This document shows positions 1-9,546 of a DNA stretch of 64,000 nt, one piece after another; within the stretch, counting starts at the first letter, position 1; each line of letters starts with the position of its first letter. The notes beneath the pieces are model-generated. The model was not told where the DNA came from. It was given only the letters and a program-made list of their open reading frames with translations, and made no database searches. A program made the translations under genes and the position numbers. The DNA is from a plasmid, in sequence record NZ_CP096760.1, one strand, 5' to 3'.

Positions 1-10
1 TAGCTTAAAA

Positions 11-328
11 GGTACAAAAATTCCGTTAAATCGCTTTTAACGGTACATTTTCTCCGTTAAAAGTCCTATAAAGGTACAAAAACTCCGAATAAGTACCTTT
101 TAAAGCCATTTTTCCATTAACTTAAAGAATACATAAAAGGATTTCGGTACATTTTCTCCGTTCACACCCCTATAAAGGTACATTTTCTCCGCTAAGCAAA
201 TAGCCAAAATCAAGATAACGGTACAAAAACTCCGATAGGGGAGTCATAACGGTACATTTTCTCCGTTTAAAAACCCTATAACGGTACAAAAATTCCGAAG
301 GAATGCATATAAAGGTACAAAAACTCCG
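11..328. repeat. Iteron array (origin): 9 copies of a 15-bp repeat in two alternating variants, GGTACAAAAA(T/C)TCCG and GGTACATTTTCTCCG
   Basis: Exact 15-mers at 11, 42, 73, 146, 177, 220, 251, 283 and 314. Several are preceded by CCTATAA(A/C). An AT-rich stretch follows, then the rep gene. Confidence 0.85.
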
Positions 329-469
329 GTAATGTCATTACATTGTCATGTTTTGGTCAAAATCCTTAAATATAAATCAGCTCAATTCCTGCTGGATAAC
401 TAGATTTACAAACATTATCTAATCATGTACCTTTTACGAAAACCAATAAAACCTTTCTGAACGGAATAT

Positions 470-1591
470 ATGGCAGAACTTATTAGGAATTCAGATGTTT
501 ATAAAGCGAATGCATTGATTAATGCAAGCTACGCTTTGGACACTGCTGAGCAAAGAATAATTCTACTCGCCATTTTAGTTTCCAGAAACAAGAATGCAGA
601 TCTGACTGCCGAAACGATTATCGAGATTCCTGCTTCCTTATATGCCCAAAAATTTAATACAACAGTGAGCGCGGCATATAAAACACTGAAGGAAGCCGAA
701 GATACCTTATTTGAAAGACGTTTTTCTTACACCACAATGCGAAATGGCAAGATTGAGGTGGTTCGGTCACGTTGGGTATCACGAGTTTCATACGTTAAGG
801 ATGATGCATTATTAACGATCACCCTAGCTCCTGATGTGATTCCTCTAGTAACCAAGCTAGAAGGAACCTTTACCAAATATGCCATCGACAATTTACGCGA
901 TGTGACCAGTAAATATGGCATCCGTCTGTATGAGTTGGTCGCTAGTTGGAAAAATTCGGATATACGTAAAACTCCTGTTTATGACTTCGAGGACTTCCGT
1001 GCCAAGATGGGCCTTCTTCCTCATGAGTATAGAGACAAGAAAAATCCCGAAAGTACGGATATGACCAACTTCAATAAACGTGTATTGAAGCCGGCAATTG
1101 ATCAGATTAATAGTTTTACTGACCTGTTTATTACTGAAAAGAAAATCAAGACAGGACGTAATATCACGGGCATTTATTTTGAAGTAAGTTTAAAAACCGA
1201 TAACTTCATTGAAGGCGAAGCGAAAGAAATCCATGACAGCAAGCCTTCTTCCGATTCAGCTAAAAAGACAGGCACTCCTTTAGAAAACATTAGGCTTCCA
1301 AAAGTATCGACCCAAGAGTTTTTGGGTAGTGATCTCAGCGAAGAGGACCTTAACAAAGAGAACCCATTAAAAGAATTTATCGTTGAATCTGGCGTTTATA
1401 AGTCTGCTATTGAAAAGCCAGTAGAAGAAAAGGATGAATTTGAATTAAATGGCATAAAACGATTGTATGAGGCTCTATTAAAGCTGGATGAAGGCGTAAC
1501 CAAGGAATACGTCCGCGAATATGCCCAGATTAAAGGCGTAACTCTACAACACGCATTAATTGAACTTTATAACTCTAAAAGACCGGCTTAA
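470..1591 (+). CDS. repB: Rep_3-family plasmid replication initiator (RepB-like)
   Basis: N-terminal ...KANALINASYALDTAEQRIILLAI... is typical of Rep_3 initiators. The gene lies directly downstream of the iterons. Confidence 0.8.
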   Translation: MAELIRNSDVYKANALINASYALDTAEQRIILLAILVSRNKNADLTAETIIEIPASLYAQKFNTTVSAAYKTLKEAEDTLFERRFSYTTMRNGKIEVVRSRWVSRVSYVKDDALLTITLAPDVIPLVTKLEGTFTKYAIDNLRDVTSKYGIRLYELVASWKNSDIRKTPVYDFEDFRAKMGLLPHEYRDKKNPESTDMTNFNKRVLKPAIDQINSFTDLFITEKKIKTGRNITGIYFEVSLKTDNFIEGEAKEIHDSKPSSDSAKKTGTPLENIRLPKVSTQEFLGSDLSEEDLNKENPLKEFIVESGVYKSAIEKPVEEKDEFELNGIKRLYEALLKLDEGVTKEYVREYAQIKGVTLQHALIELYNSKRPA

Positions 1592-1707
1592 ACATTCCGG
1601 CACTTGGGTCTTTTCCGAAAACTTGGGTTTTTGAAGTGCTAACGAATAATTAAATAATACTTTCTATAATATTTAAGTTTTTATATTAATTATTCGGAAA
1701 CGATCGG

Positions 1708-2439
1708 ATGTCCCAAGTTGAAAAACAAATACCCAAGTATTTAGATTGGGCGGGTCACTTTTATGGCAATGACCTTGATTTAGAACATTACGAAATTCTC
1801 ACCATTCAATACATTCCCAAGAAAGAGCGGAAGCTAGAAACGCAGTTAATGACAACCAAGTGGTTTGACTATAGGCTGATGCATCCCATGCAAGCCACTT
1901 ATTACTTCTTTCGGCTTTTCAAAAATGAATATCGAAACTTTTATAGAAAAGCTATTGATCATAAGGCGGCCGAATTCGTTAAACCCATTAAGGAGCGAGA
2001 TTTCTTACTCAGCCGTGAGGCCTTGTCATTTTGGCGACTCAGACAGGCAATTGATGCTTTGGGAATGCGTTATGACTTCTATTTAAAAACCGCATTTGAT
2101 AAATGCTTTAAGGTGATTGCGAATGGTAGACCTTTGCCACCTAGACCTGCTCAACTAAAAAAAGAAGAACTGTTAATTGAAGTGTTCCATGAGTGGGAGT
2201 CTTATTGTCAAGCTTCGCTCCAGATCGCTAAAAGTCCATATTTTACCGCTACACTTTTTCATAACAGTCCAATGCAAGTTGATTATGAAGATTTTATTGT
2301 TAAGCAGGTGCGGATGCGTCAAGTGCAGCATTATGCATTAGGGACATGCATTTATCGCTATGATGCACTTCGCATTGAAAAAGCTTTAGAGTCTTTTGAC
2401 ATTTCGATCATCAACCAAGCTATTAAATCCAGTATTTAA
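1708..2439 (+). CDS. hypothetical protein
   Basis: 243-aa ORF in a compact same-strand array. Confidence 0.5.
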   Translation: MSQVEKQIPKYLDWAGHFYGNDLDLEHYEILTIQYIPKKERKLETQLMTTKWFDYRLMHPMQATYYFFRLFKNEYRNFYRKAIDHKAAEFVKPIKERDFLLSREALSFWRLRQAIDALGMRYDFYLKTAFDKCFKVIANGRPLPPRPAQLKKEELLIEVFHEWESYCQASLQIAKSPYFTATLFHNSPMQVDYEDFIVKQVRMRQVQHYALGTCIYRYDALRIEKALESFDISIINQAIKSSI

Positions 2440-2458
2440 TGCTTTTTTCTCTTAAAAT

Positions 2459-2480
2459 ATTAATAAGCGCTTACTATAAT
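2459..2480 (+). promoter_or_regulatory. Conserved palindrome plus TATAAT promoter-like element
   Basis: TTAATAAGCGCTTACTATAAT upstream of the 2527 gene. Confidence 0.45.
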
Positions 2481-2526
2481 TTGATAATATCGTTTTTATA
2501 GTAATTACTAATGTTTCGAGGTTTTA

Positions 2527-2958
2527 ATGAGCGAATGGCAGAAAGAACTTGCGATACAAAACAAGTTCGGCAATAGCGCTCCAATTTCAAAGGAGTCTAT
2601 TTACTTAAATACGGAAGAAAAGCAAAAACTTCAATTTCAGCCGCGTAAAACGTATGGGCGTAGGCTGCCTGCGAACGAATGCGAAATTGAAGAAATGGGC
2701 TACATGAAGTTTGTTCGCAAGCTGCAAGAGCAAGAACAGGAAATTGTAGTCATTAAAACAGACGGCGAAGTTGTGCGTGGATACATCCGTGCTGCGGATG
2801 CAGAAACGATCTCGCTTCGTTGTTATTTGAATGGTGATAAAAACGGTCGTTATCGTGCGCGTGTTCTTTTCAAACACCAAATTTCCGAGTTCTCACCAAC
2901 TAAGGGGATTGAAGACCTAGTTGATGAGCTAGAGAGAAAGTCGAAATCTAAATCTTAA
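2527..2958 (+). CDS. hypothetical protein
   Basis: 143-aa ORF. Confidence 0.5.
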   Translation: MSEWQKELAIQNKFGNSAPISKESIYLNTEEKQKLQFQPRKTYGRRLPANECEIEEMGYMKFVRKLQEQEQEIVVIKTDGEVVRGYIRAADAETISLRCYLNGDKNGRYRARVLFKHQISEFSPTKGIEDLVDELERKSKSKS

Positions 2959-2994
2959 ACGTAAGCCATCTATTTTCTATAAGGATTATCTTAT

Positions 2995-4398
2995 ATGTCT
3001 ACTGCTGTGGCCGAAATTCATGAAGAAGAGGTCGTTGATAAAGAACTCGAAGGCTTCACCGAAGAAAAGTTTGATTACGACGATGAGTTTCAATCAAAAA
3101 TTGCGGCTTTAACTTTACGTGACGATGAGTTTCTTAGAAGAGCCGCCCATATTCTGAAGCCAGAATTTTTCGAAAATCAGGGTGAAGCATGTCTGGTCGA
3201 TATTGCGCTCCAACACTTCAATAAATATGGATGTTCTCCTGATCCTGCTTCTGTTGTCCAAATTATCAAGGATAAAGCTGCTTCTAAAGTTTATAAGCGA
3301 GAAACTTTAGCGGCAATTGTGGAAGCAAGGAAGAAATTAATTGGCATCTATGTCACTGACAAGGCTTTCGTTGAAGAAAAGGTTGTTGAGTTCGCGCGAA
3401 AACAGGCGGTATCCAATGCGATTGTTAATTCTGTTCCTGATCTTGAGGCAGGGAATTACGCCAAGATTGAAGCGCGTATCAAGGAAGCTATTGCGGTCGG
3501 ATTGAATGAAGAGGGTGTTGGTTATGACTTCTTCGCTCAGGCGTTGAATCGTAAGCTGGCACGTATCGAGAAGCTGACAGGCAAAGTACCTCCGACAGGC
3601 ATTACTACTGGCTGTAAAGAACTTGATGATCTGCTGTATCACAGAGGTTGGGGACGCAAGGAGCTGTCTCTATTAATGGGCGGTGCAAAAGCAGGTAAGA
3701 CGCAAGCGCTTATTCACTTTGGCCGTATCGCAAGCTTTGCTAAATACAACGTTCTATATGTAACGCTAGAAGTTGGTAAAGACATTATTGCAGACCGTTT
3801 AGATGCCTCTATTTCAAAAGTGATCATGAAAGAATTGGCGTCGAAGGCTGCAAGTGTTGCAACTGCGGTCGAGACGGTAGCCAAGACGGCGGGCAAATTT
3901 ATTATTCATGAATTTGGTTCCGGTACATTTTCTCCGTCACAGCTAAGAGCATTAATTGATAGGTATAAGAATCCTGGGCGGAACCCTGATGGAACGATAA
4001 GACCGCCAATCAAGTTCGATATGATCATTGTGGACTATGCAGATTTGATGCGTCCAGATATTCGTACAAATGACCCAAAAGAGAACTCAAGAGTTGTCTA
4101 TGTTGATTTACGCGCGATTGCTTTTGAAGAGAATGTGGCGTTACTGACAGCTACTCAGACCAACCGTGAGGGCTTTAAGTCAACGGTAGCCAAGGCAGAG
4201 CACGTAGCTGAGGACTTTAACAAAATCAGGACCGCTGACGTTGCAATCTCCATCAACATTACAGAGGAAGAGAGAGCGAAAGGTCAGGCTCGATTGTACT
4301 TTGCAGCTTCTCGAAACCAAGAGATGGGGGTTACTGTGGTGATTAAGCAGAATGTGTCCATGATGAGGTTCTTGGAAGAAGTGATTAGCGTCGAATAA
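2995..4398 (+). CDS. DnaB-family replicative DNA helicase
   Basis: Walker A GGAKAGKTQAL. The domain order is DnaB-like, with the C-terminal RecA-like ATPase. Confidence 0.8.
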   Translation: MSTAVAEIHEEEVVDKELEGFTEEKFDYDDEFQSKIAALTLRDDEFLRRAAHILKPEFFENQGEACLVDIALQHFNKYGCSPDPASVVQIIKDKAASKVYKRETLAAIVEARKKLIGIYVTDKAFVEEKVVEFARKQAVSNAIVNSVPDLEAGNYAKIEARIKEAIAVGLNEEGVGYDFFAQALNRKLARIEKLTGKVPPTGITTGCKELDDLLYHRGWGRKELSLLMGGAKAGKTQALIHFGRIASFAKYNVLYVTLEVGKDIIADRLDASISKVIMKELASKAASVATAVETVAKTAGKFIIHEFGSGTFSPSQLRALIDRYKNPGRNPDGTIRPPIKFDMIIVDYADLMRPDIRTNDPKENSRVVYVDLRAIAFEENVALLTATQTNREGFKSTVAKAEHVAEDFNKIRTADVAISINITEEERAKGQARLYFAASRNQEMGVTVVIKQNVSMMRFLEEVISVE

Positions 4399-4413
4399 AT
4401 TTAACCCAATATT

Positions 4414-4465
4414 ATAGTAAGCGCTTATTTATAAATTTGTGCTAGTATAAATAAGCGCTAATTTT
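4414..4465 (+). promoter_or_regulatory. Two tandem copies of the palindromic promoter-like element
   Basis: TATAGTAAGCGCTTATTTATAAAT and GTATAAATAAGCGCTAATTTTATC upstream of the primase gene. Confidence 0.4.
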
Positions 4466-4470
4466 ATCTA

Positions 4471-5580
4471 ATGCGATTTTGCAATATGAGCGATCAAGAA
4501 AGTTTAGCGGAGATATTAGACCGCATTGATATGGAGTATTGGCTTAACCGCGAAGGGTTTGAATACAAAGTAACTCGCGGAAAAAACGGAATCCAGTTGA
4601 ATGTTAAGGAATGTCCGGTATGTGGTAACTCAAGCTGGAAAGTCTATCTGAATCAGGATACGGGTTTGGGTAACTGCTTTCATGGTGATTGCGAAACCAA
4701 ATTCTCGAAATGGAAGTTTATTAAGGCTGGTATAGGCGGTAATAGCCTAAGCAATAAAGAGATAGTCGAGCATGTTAAAGCAATTGCTCAGGAGCAGGGC
4801 TGGCAGCCAAAGCGCAAAAGTGAACCCACACAAACCAAAATTGGCGATCTAAAGCTTCCAAAAGCCTATGACTTGCCGATCATGGGTCAGAACCTAAAGT
4901 ACCTTAAAGAGCGAAATATAACGCTCGATACGTGTCGTGAATTTGGACTGAAATTCTGTCAAAAGGGTTGGTTTGCATACATAGGCCCAACGGGTGAAAA
5001 GCAATACCAAAACTACAGCATGAGAATCATCATTCCTGTCAGGGACCTTGAAGGCAAGCTTGTGTCTTTTCAGGGTCGGGACATTACAGGAAAGGCTGAA
5101 AAGAAGTATCTATTTCCTCCTGGTTTCGCGTCTACGGGCACTTACCTATATAACGGCCATAATGCCCTAGGTTACGTTGAAATCGTCATGGGAGAGGGTG
5201 CTTTTGACGCTATGGCGATATATCAAGCCTTCAAGGAAGACGAGTTCCTTTGCAATGTTGGAGTTGTCGCGTCATTTGGTAAGCATCTTTCGGTAGGTGG
5301 TGATGAATCTCAAATGGCTGAACTACTAAAGCTTAAAGATGAGGGATTGGAGTGCGTGACGATTATGTGGGATGGAGAGCCTGCCGCAATTCTGTCTGCG
5401 ATCGACGCATGTTTAAAGATAAATAGCTTTGGCATAAAAGCAAGGTTGGCCACGTTGCCTGCTGGATGTGACCCCAATGAAGTCGACCCTGAAATCGTTC
5501 GCACAGCGTATCGAAAAGCGATACCAATTACGCCAATTAGCGCAGTAAGTTTACGCATTAAGTATATGGGTAAAGTCTGA
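4471..5580 (+). CDS. DNA primase (zinc-ribbon plus Toprim)
   Basis: CPVCGNSSWKV...CFHGDC zinc ribbon; Toprim-like IVMGEGAFDAMAIYQ and MWDGEPAA. The true start may be the internal Met at 4486. Confidence 0.75.
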   Translation: MRFCNMSDQESLAEILDRIDMEYWLNREGFEYKVTRGKNGIQLNVKECPVCGNSSWKVYLNQDTGLGNCFHGDCETKFSKWKFIKAGIGGNSLSNKEIVEHVKAIAQEQGWQPKRKSEPTQTKIGDLKLPKAYDLPIMGQNLKYLKERNITLDTCREFGLKFCQKGWFAYIGPTGEKQYQNYSMRIIIPVRDLEGKLVSFQGRDITGKAEKKYLFPPGFASTGTYLYNGHNALGYVEIVMGEGAFDAMAIYQAFKEDEFLCNVGVVASFGKHLSVGGDESQMAELLKLKDEGLECVTIMWDGEPAAILSAIDACLKINSFGIKARLATLPAGCDPNEVDPEIVRTAYRKAIPITPISAVSLRIKYMGKV

Positions 5581-5643
5581 ATCGTATTTGATTCCAAATC
5601 ATTGTTTTTAAAATATTGTTGAAGTTTTCAAGGTGCTTTTACT

Positions 5644-6198
5644 ATGAGTTTAAAAATTGTGGTCAGAAGTGCCTACTCATTGCATACGAGTGGGACAAAA
5701 TATTATTCGATGTTCTTGTTATCGGTACAGGACGGAGCTAAACGCAACACGCAATTATTCAAAATTTATGGCTCAGCGGTAAATCAAACCGCTCAAGTCA
5801 AACACCATCAAGAAGGTAATGGTGCAACTCTTGATACCGAATTTAATAAAACACTAAAAGTAAAAGGTAAAGCAGGTGAATATAGCGATTTACGTGAAAG
5901 CGAAATCTTGCACGAATTTGATAATTTCCATGATTTTATTACTTACTTGACTCTCGACTCTCAGATTAATGCCATTAGAGCGCCTTTCGCATCAGCGATT
6001 ACCGAAAAGGGTTTTGAAAAATACTTGGAAACCTTGTCTCAAACGTTCGGGATTCCAGTTGATGACATGTACAAATTTACATTCAACTATGAATCAGAGG
6101 AAGAACGGCAACGAAAACAAGAAGAGGAAGAGCGTAAGGCAGCTCAGCTCATGGCACAACGACAAGAATTTTATGGTGAAGTTTTGGGGTCTTGGTAA
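5644..6198 (+). CDS. hypothetical protein with C-terminal tail QEFYGEVLGSW
   Basis: 184-aa ORF with a charged ER/EQ-rich C-terminal region. Its stop overlaps the next start (TAATG). Confidence 0.55.
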   Translation: MSLKIVVRSAYSLHTSGTKYYSMFLLSVQDGAKRNTQLFKIYGSAVNQTAQVKHHQEGNGATLDTEFNKTLKVKGKAGEYSDLRESEILHEFDNFHDFITYLTLDSQINAIRAPFASAITEKGFEKYLETLSQTFGIPVDDMYKFTFNYESEEERQRKQEEEERKAAQLMAQRQEFYGEVLGSW

Positions 6199-6689
6199 TG
6201 AACAGAGTAATTATTGGGGTTCCACACTGTCGGTTTATGGTGACAAAAACCACAACGAATGAAAAGGTTTTGGAGCTCACAGAATATTTTGCTGTCCACA
6301 AGCATACTCAAGATGAAGTATTAGGCTTGGCGATCAAGGCTGTTGATTACCATGATAACAAGGGCGGGTATCACCGAACGGTCGAAATTCTTGAAAAATA
6401 CGAAGGACTTTCTTACTCAACAGTAGCAGAAAGGGTAAAGAATTTAAGTAAGGCTGCTGTACGTAATCTAGTTGATGAATTGTCTACCAATTCGGATTCG
6501 ATTAATCCAATTGAATATGCTCAATCAATTTTCGGTCGCGAAGCATCCAATATTTTTGACAAAGGGCGAGAAGCTGAGATCAAGTCAATTTTTCAAAATT
6601 ATTTTGGACCTATCAGAAGCGAACTGAGCGAATTAATTCTTGATACAGATGAGTATGCTGCCTATAAAGGAGTTCAAGGATCATGGTAA
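6198..6689 (+). CDS. hypothetical protein
   Basis: Start set to ATG 6198, which overlaps the upstream stop. The ORF track began at an upstream TTG. Confidence 0.5.
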   Translation: MNRVIIGVPHCRFMVTKTTTNEKVLELTEYFAVHKHTQDEVLGLAIKAVDYHDNKGGYHRTVEILEKYEGLSYSTVAERVKNLSKAAVRNLVDELSTNSDSINPIEYAQSIFGREASNIFDKGREAEIKSIFQNYFGPIRSELSELILDTDEYAAYKGVQGSW

Positions 6690-7291
6690 CTAAAACTCTT
6701 CCTGTACTCGATTTGGAATTATCCAGAAGCGGAACAAATGCCTATTACTGCGATTTTTGCCCTCATACTGGCAACCGTCCTAATTATGCTGCATGCCTAA
6801 AGCGTATCCATAATGTTCAGGAGGGAAATGAGCGCGAGGTGGATGCAGTTTGCGTAGTCGCTATCCACAGACATCACTGTGAAGCTGCCGAAATGCGTGA
6901 ACGTGAAATTGAGGCAGGTAAGGCTCTCTATTACATTGATCGTTCAGAAATGCGAAAACAAGTTGGGAAGCGGCTGGCTAAACAAGGAATTTCTATTTCT
7001 TCTAAATTTGATTATAAGTTAGAACTTACTAATATTAATGGTGAAAAACTAGATAAAGAAATTCCAGTTAATTCAAAGGGTAATTATTCATTAAGTGATG
7101 CAATCAATACTAAACTAAAGAAAAATAGTTTGAATACCAAAGATGATCATGTAGAATCGCAACAAGAAAATAAAGTAAGCGCTAACTTATATATCGAGAG
7201 TGAGAGCTTAACTGTACCAAGTATCGAGAGCGGATTATCGCTTTTAGAAATTGCTAACCGTTTCAAAGCAAACACACAGGAAAAATTATGA
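6683..7291 (+). CDS. hypothetical protein, Cys/His-rich N-terminus (possible zinc binding)
   Basis: CDFCPH...CLKRIHN...HRHHCE; ATGGTAA overlap with the upstream gene. Confidence 0.5.
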   Translation: MVTKTLPVLDLELSRSGTNAYYCDFCPHTGNRPNYAACLKRIHNVQEGNEREVDAVCVVAIHRHHCEAAEMREREIEAGKALYYIDRSEMRKQVGKRLAKQGISISSKFDYKLELTNINGEKLDKEIPVNSKGNYSLSDAINTKLKKNSLNTKDDHVESQQENKVSANLYIESESLTVPSIESGLSLLEIANRFKANTQEKL

Positions 7292-7797
7292 GCAACGCAG
7301 AAGATTTATTAGAAGCTTTAATCAAGGCATTAAAAGAGTCAAATGTAGATGCTGAGGAATTACGCTTCATGACTTTGCTTCCTGATCACATGCGCAAGAT
7401 TCAGGATTTAACCGAAGAGTTTGTAAAAGCTCACGTTAATGGTCCACAACAGCTTGAAGTTTACATGAGAGCCATTATGGGGGTGGTTGCACAGGTTCAA
7501 GCAGCATTAGTCGTGAATACCGGCACAGAATCAATTCAGGAATATGCACAATTATTGGCTCAAAAATCAGAAGATGAATATTTGCTTGATCTAGGTCACA
7601 TGCTTCGTGATTTTACCAATCATTGGCTAGCGGTCTTTCTGCAAGCTGCAAAAGAGCATTTCGGCGAAGAAGTATTTAAAGCTCATCAAGCCCATGTTAG
7701 AGAAGTGATTAAAAACGCTAAAAGCGAAATGCTGAAATCCAAAGAAGGCGATTCCCCATTTAAAGATTCATTTATTCCTTCATTTGCAAAGCAGTAA
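7288..7797 (+). CDS. hypothetical protein
   Basis: 169-aa ORF, 4-nt overlap with the upstream gene. Confidence 0.5.
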   Translation: MSNAEDLLEALIKALKESNVDAEELRFMTLLPDHMRKIQDLTEEFVKAHVNGPQQLEVYMRAIMGVVAQVQAALVVNTGTESIQEYAQLLAQKSEDEYLLDLGHMLRDFTNHWLAVFLQAAKEHFGEEVFKAHQAHVREVIKNAKSEMLKSKEGDSPFKDSFIPSFAKQ

Positions 7798-7809
7798 TAA
7801 GGTGTAGCA

Positions 7810-9513
7810 ATGAATAGCGATCAGTTACTAGAGGCTTTAAACCAAATTGCATCTGAAAGCTCAAAAAATGAAAAACTAGCTTTACTCATGGATTTTGAAG
7901 CAGAAAAGGGGTTGTTCAGAGAAGTTCTGCGTTTGGCATATGACCCGTTTATTGTCTTTGGAATTTTGCCAAAAGCAGAAGATGCAGGAACAGGGGAGTT
8001 AATGTTTGATGAGGTTGATACCCTTGAGTTCCTATCTAAGCTTAATAACCGTGAACTAACAGGCAATGCAGCGCGCGAAGCGCTGCGTAGCCAACTGGCT
8101 CAATTATCAGAGAAGTCAGGCGAGCTTTTAATTCGAATTTTAAGAAAAGATTTACGTGCAGGTTTTAGTGATGCAACGATCAACAAAGTCGTGCCTGATT
8201 TGATTCCTGTATTTCCATACCAACGCTGTTCATTGCCTAGTGAAGTAAAGCTGAAGGCATGGCCGTGGAAAGATGGCATTTATTTGCAAGAAAAAGCTGA
8301 TGGCATGTTTGCCAACGGGACCAATTTAGAAGAGAAGTTCTTCTTGTCCTCACGCCAGGGCACGCCGTTACCTATGGAGCATTTTTCCGACCTTACTGCG
8401 GAAATGAATATGCTGATCAAAGATGTCCAATATCATGGCGAACTACTTGTCGAGCGTGATGGTGTAGTTCTGCCGCGCAAGGTAGGAAATGGCATCTTGA
8501 ATTCGGTCACAAAGGGTGGCTCATTTGCTGAAAATGAAAAACCGATCTATATGATTTGGGACTTCATTCCGCTTAGCTCTGTTAAGTCAAAGGGAAAATT
8601 TGAAGCAGCATATAAACGCCGTATTGCACTGATTAAATCGATGCTGGCCAAGTTTAAGCCTAAGTATGTGCGGCTGATTGATACGCATGTTGTCCACTCA
8701 TTGAGCGAGACTTACGATCACTTCTTTAATGTACTTATGCAGGGCAAAGAGGGGCTGGTAATCAAGCATCCAGAAGGTCACTGGAGAGACGGTACAAGTA
8801 AACACCAAGTTAAATTAAAACTTGATGCGGATTGTGAGCTGGAGGTCGTGAGCATTAATCCGGGTAAGGTGGGTTCAAAGAACCAAGGGAGAGCTGGAGC
8901 TTTGCATTGTAAATCTGCATGTGGTCAAGTCATTGTGGATGTCGCCATCAAGAATGAAAAAATGCGCGACGAGGTGGATGCAAACCCTAGTGACTGGATT
9001 GGTCGAATAATCACTGTGCGTTCAAATGCCATTATGCGTCCATCCAACAGTAACCAGAATTACTCGTTGTATTTGCCGCGTATGGTTGAGGACTGCTATC
9101 GAATCGATAAAACGGAAGCTGATGATTTAAAACGTATTGAAGAGCAATTCAAAAACGCTATCGAAGCTGCCAAGAAGCTGGCAGAAAGTGAAGCGGTGGT
9201 GGTAGCGAGAGCAGCGTCTGTATCCTCAGCTCGTCCTTCGACATCTTTTGCGCGGTCTTACAGCAGCTCGTCCACACGCGCTCCGACCACTACAAGTTTT
9301 CGTTCTAGTCCAGTTAAGACCGTGACAAAACCTAGTACGATTCGTTCTGTGAAGCCTGTTACAACGCCTGCTAAACCGATGCCTGTTTCTTCTTCATCTA
9401 CACAGAAGAAATCGCGTAAGATTGGTTTCCAATATGATTACTATGCATTTACAGATTGCATCCCTTATTCAAGCGGAAGTTTCCAAGGTTGGAAGTGTAT
9501 TGATCGGGATTAA
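7810..9513 (+). CDS. ATP-dependent DNA ligase with Ser/Thr/Pro-rich C-terminal extension
   Basis: Adenylation motif EKADGMF, motif IV EGLVIK, KLKLD. C-terminal about 90 aa are low-complexity S/T/P. Confidence 0.75.
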   Translation: MNSDQLLEALNQIASESSKNEKLALLMDFEAEKGLFREVLRLAYDPFIVFGILPKAEDAGTGELMFDEVDTLEFLSKLNNRELTGNAAREALRSQLAQLSEKSGELLIRILRKDLRAGFSDATINKVVPDLIPVFPYQRCSLPSEVKLKAWPWKDGIYLQEKADGMFANGTNLEEKFFLSSRQGTPLPMEHFSDLTAEMNMLIKDVQYHGELLVERDGVVLPRKVGNGILNSVTKGGSFAENEKPIYMIWDFIPLSSVKSKGKFEAAYKRRIALIKSMLAKFKPKYVRLIDTHVVHSLSETYDHFFNVLMQGKEGLVIKHPEGHWRDGTSKHQVKLKLDADCELEVVSINPGKVGSKNQGRAGALHCKSACGQVIVDVAIKNEKMRDEVDANPSDWIGRIITVRSNAIMRPSNSNQNYSLYLPRMVEDCYRIDKTEADDLKRIEEQFKNAIEAAKKLAESEAVVVARAASVSSARPSTSFARSYSSSSTRAPTTTSFRSSPVKTVTKPSTIRSVKPVTTPAKPMPVSSSSTQKKSRKIGFQYDYYAFTDCIPYSSGSFQGWKCIDRD

Positions 9514-9546
9514 TTGGGGCGGTTCTACCGCCTCTTCTTATGAGGT

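Noticed and set aside
727-1356. Minus-strand ORFs 727..921 and 1174..1356 inside the repB gene, and similar antisense ORFs inside the helicase, primase, ligase and other genes (for example 2605..2880, 3337..3642, 3714..3896, 5310..5597, 7821..8066)
   Set aside because: They are fully embedded antisense to strongly supported genes and show no RBS or motif support. They are typical shadow ORFs in an AT-rich genome.
5969-6262. Alternative-frame ORF 5969..6262 overlapping the 5644..6198 and 6198..6689 genes
   Set aside because: It disrupts the conserved GSW-stop/ATG junction and is out of frame relative to the better-supported genes.
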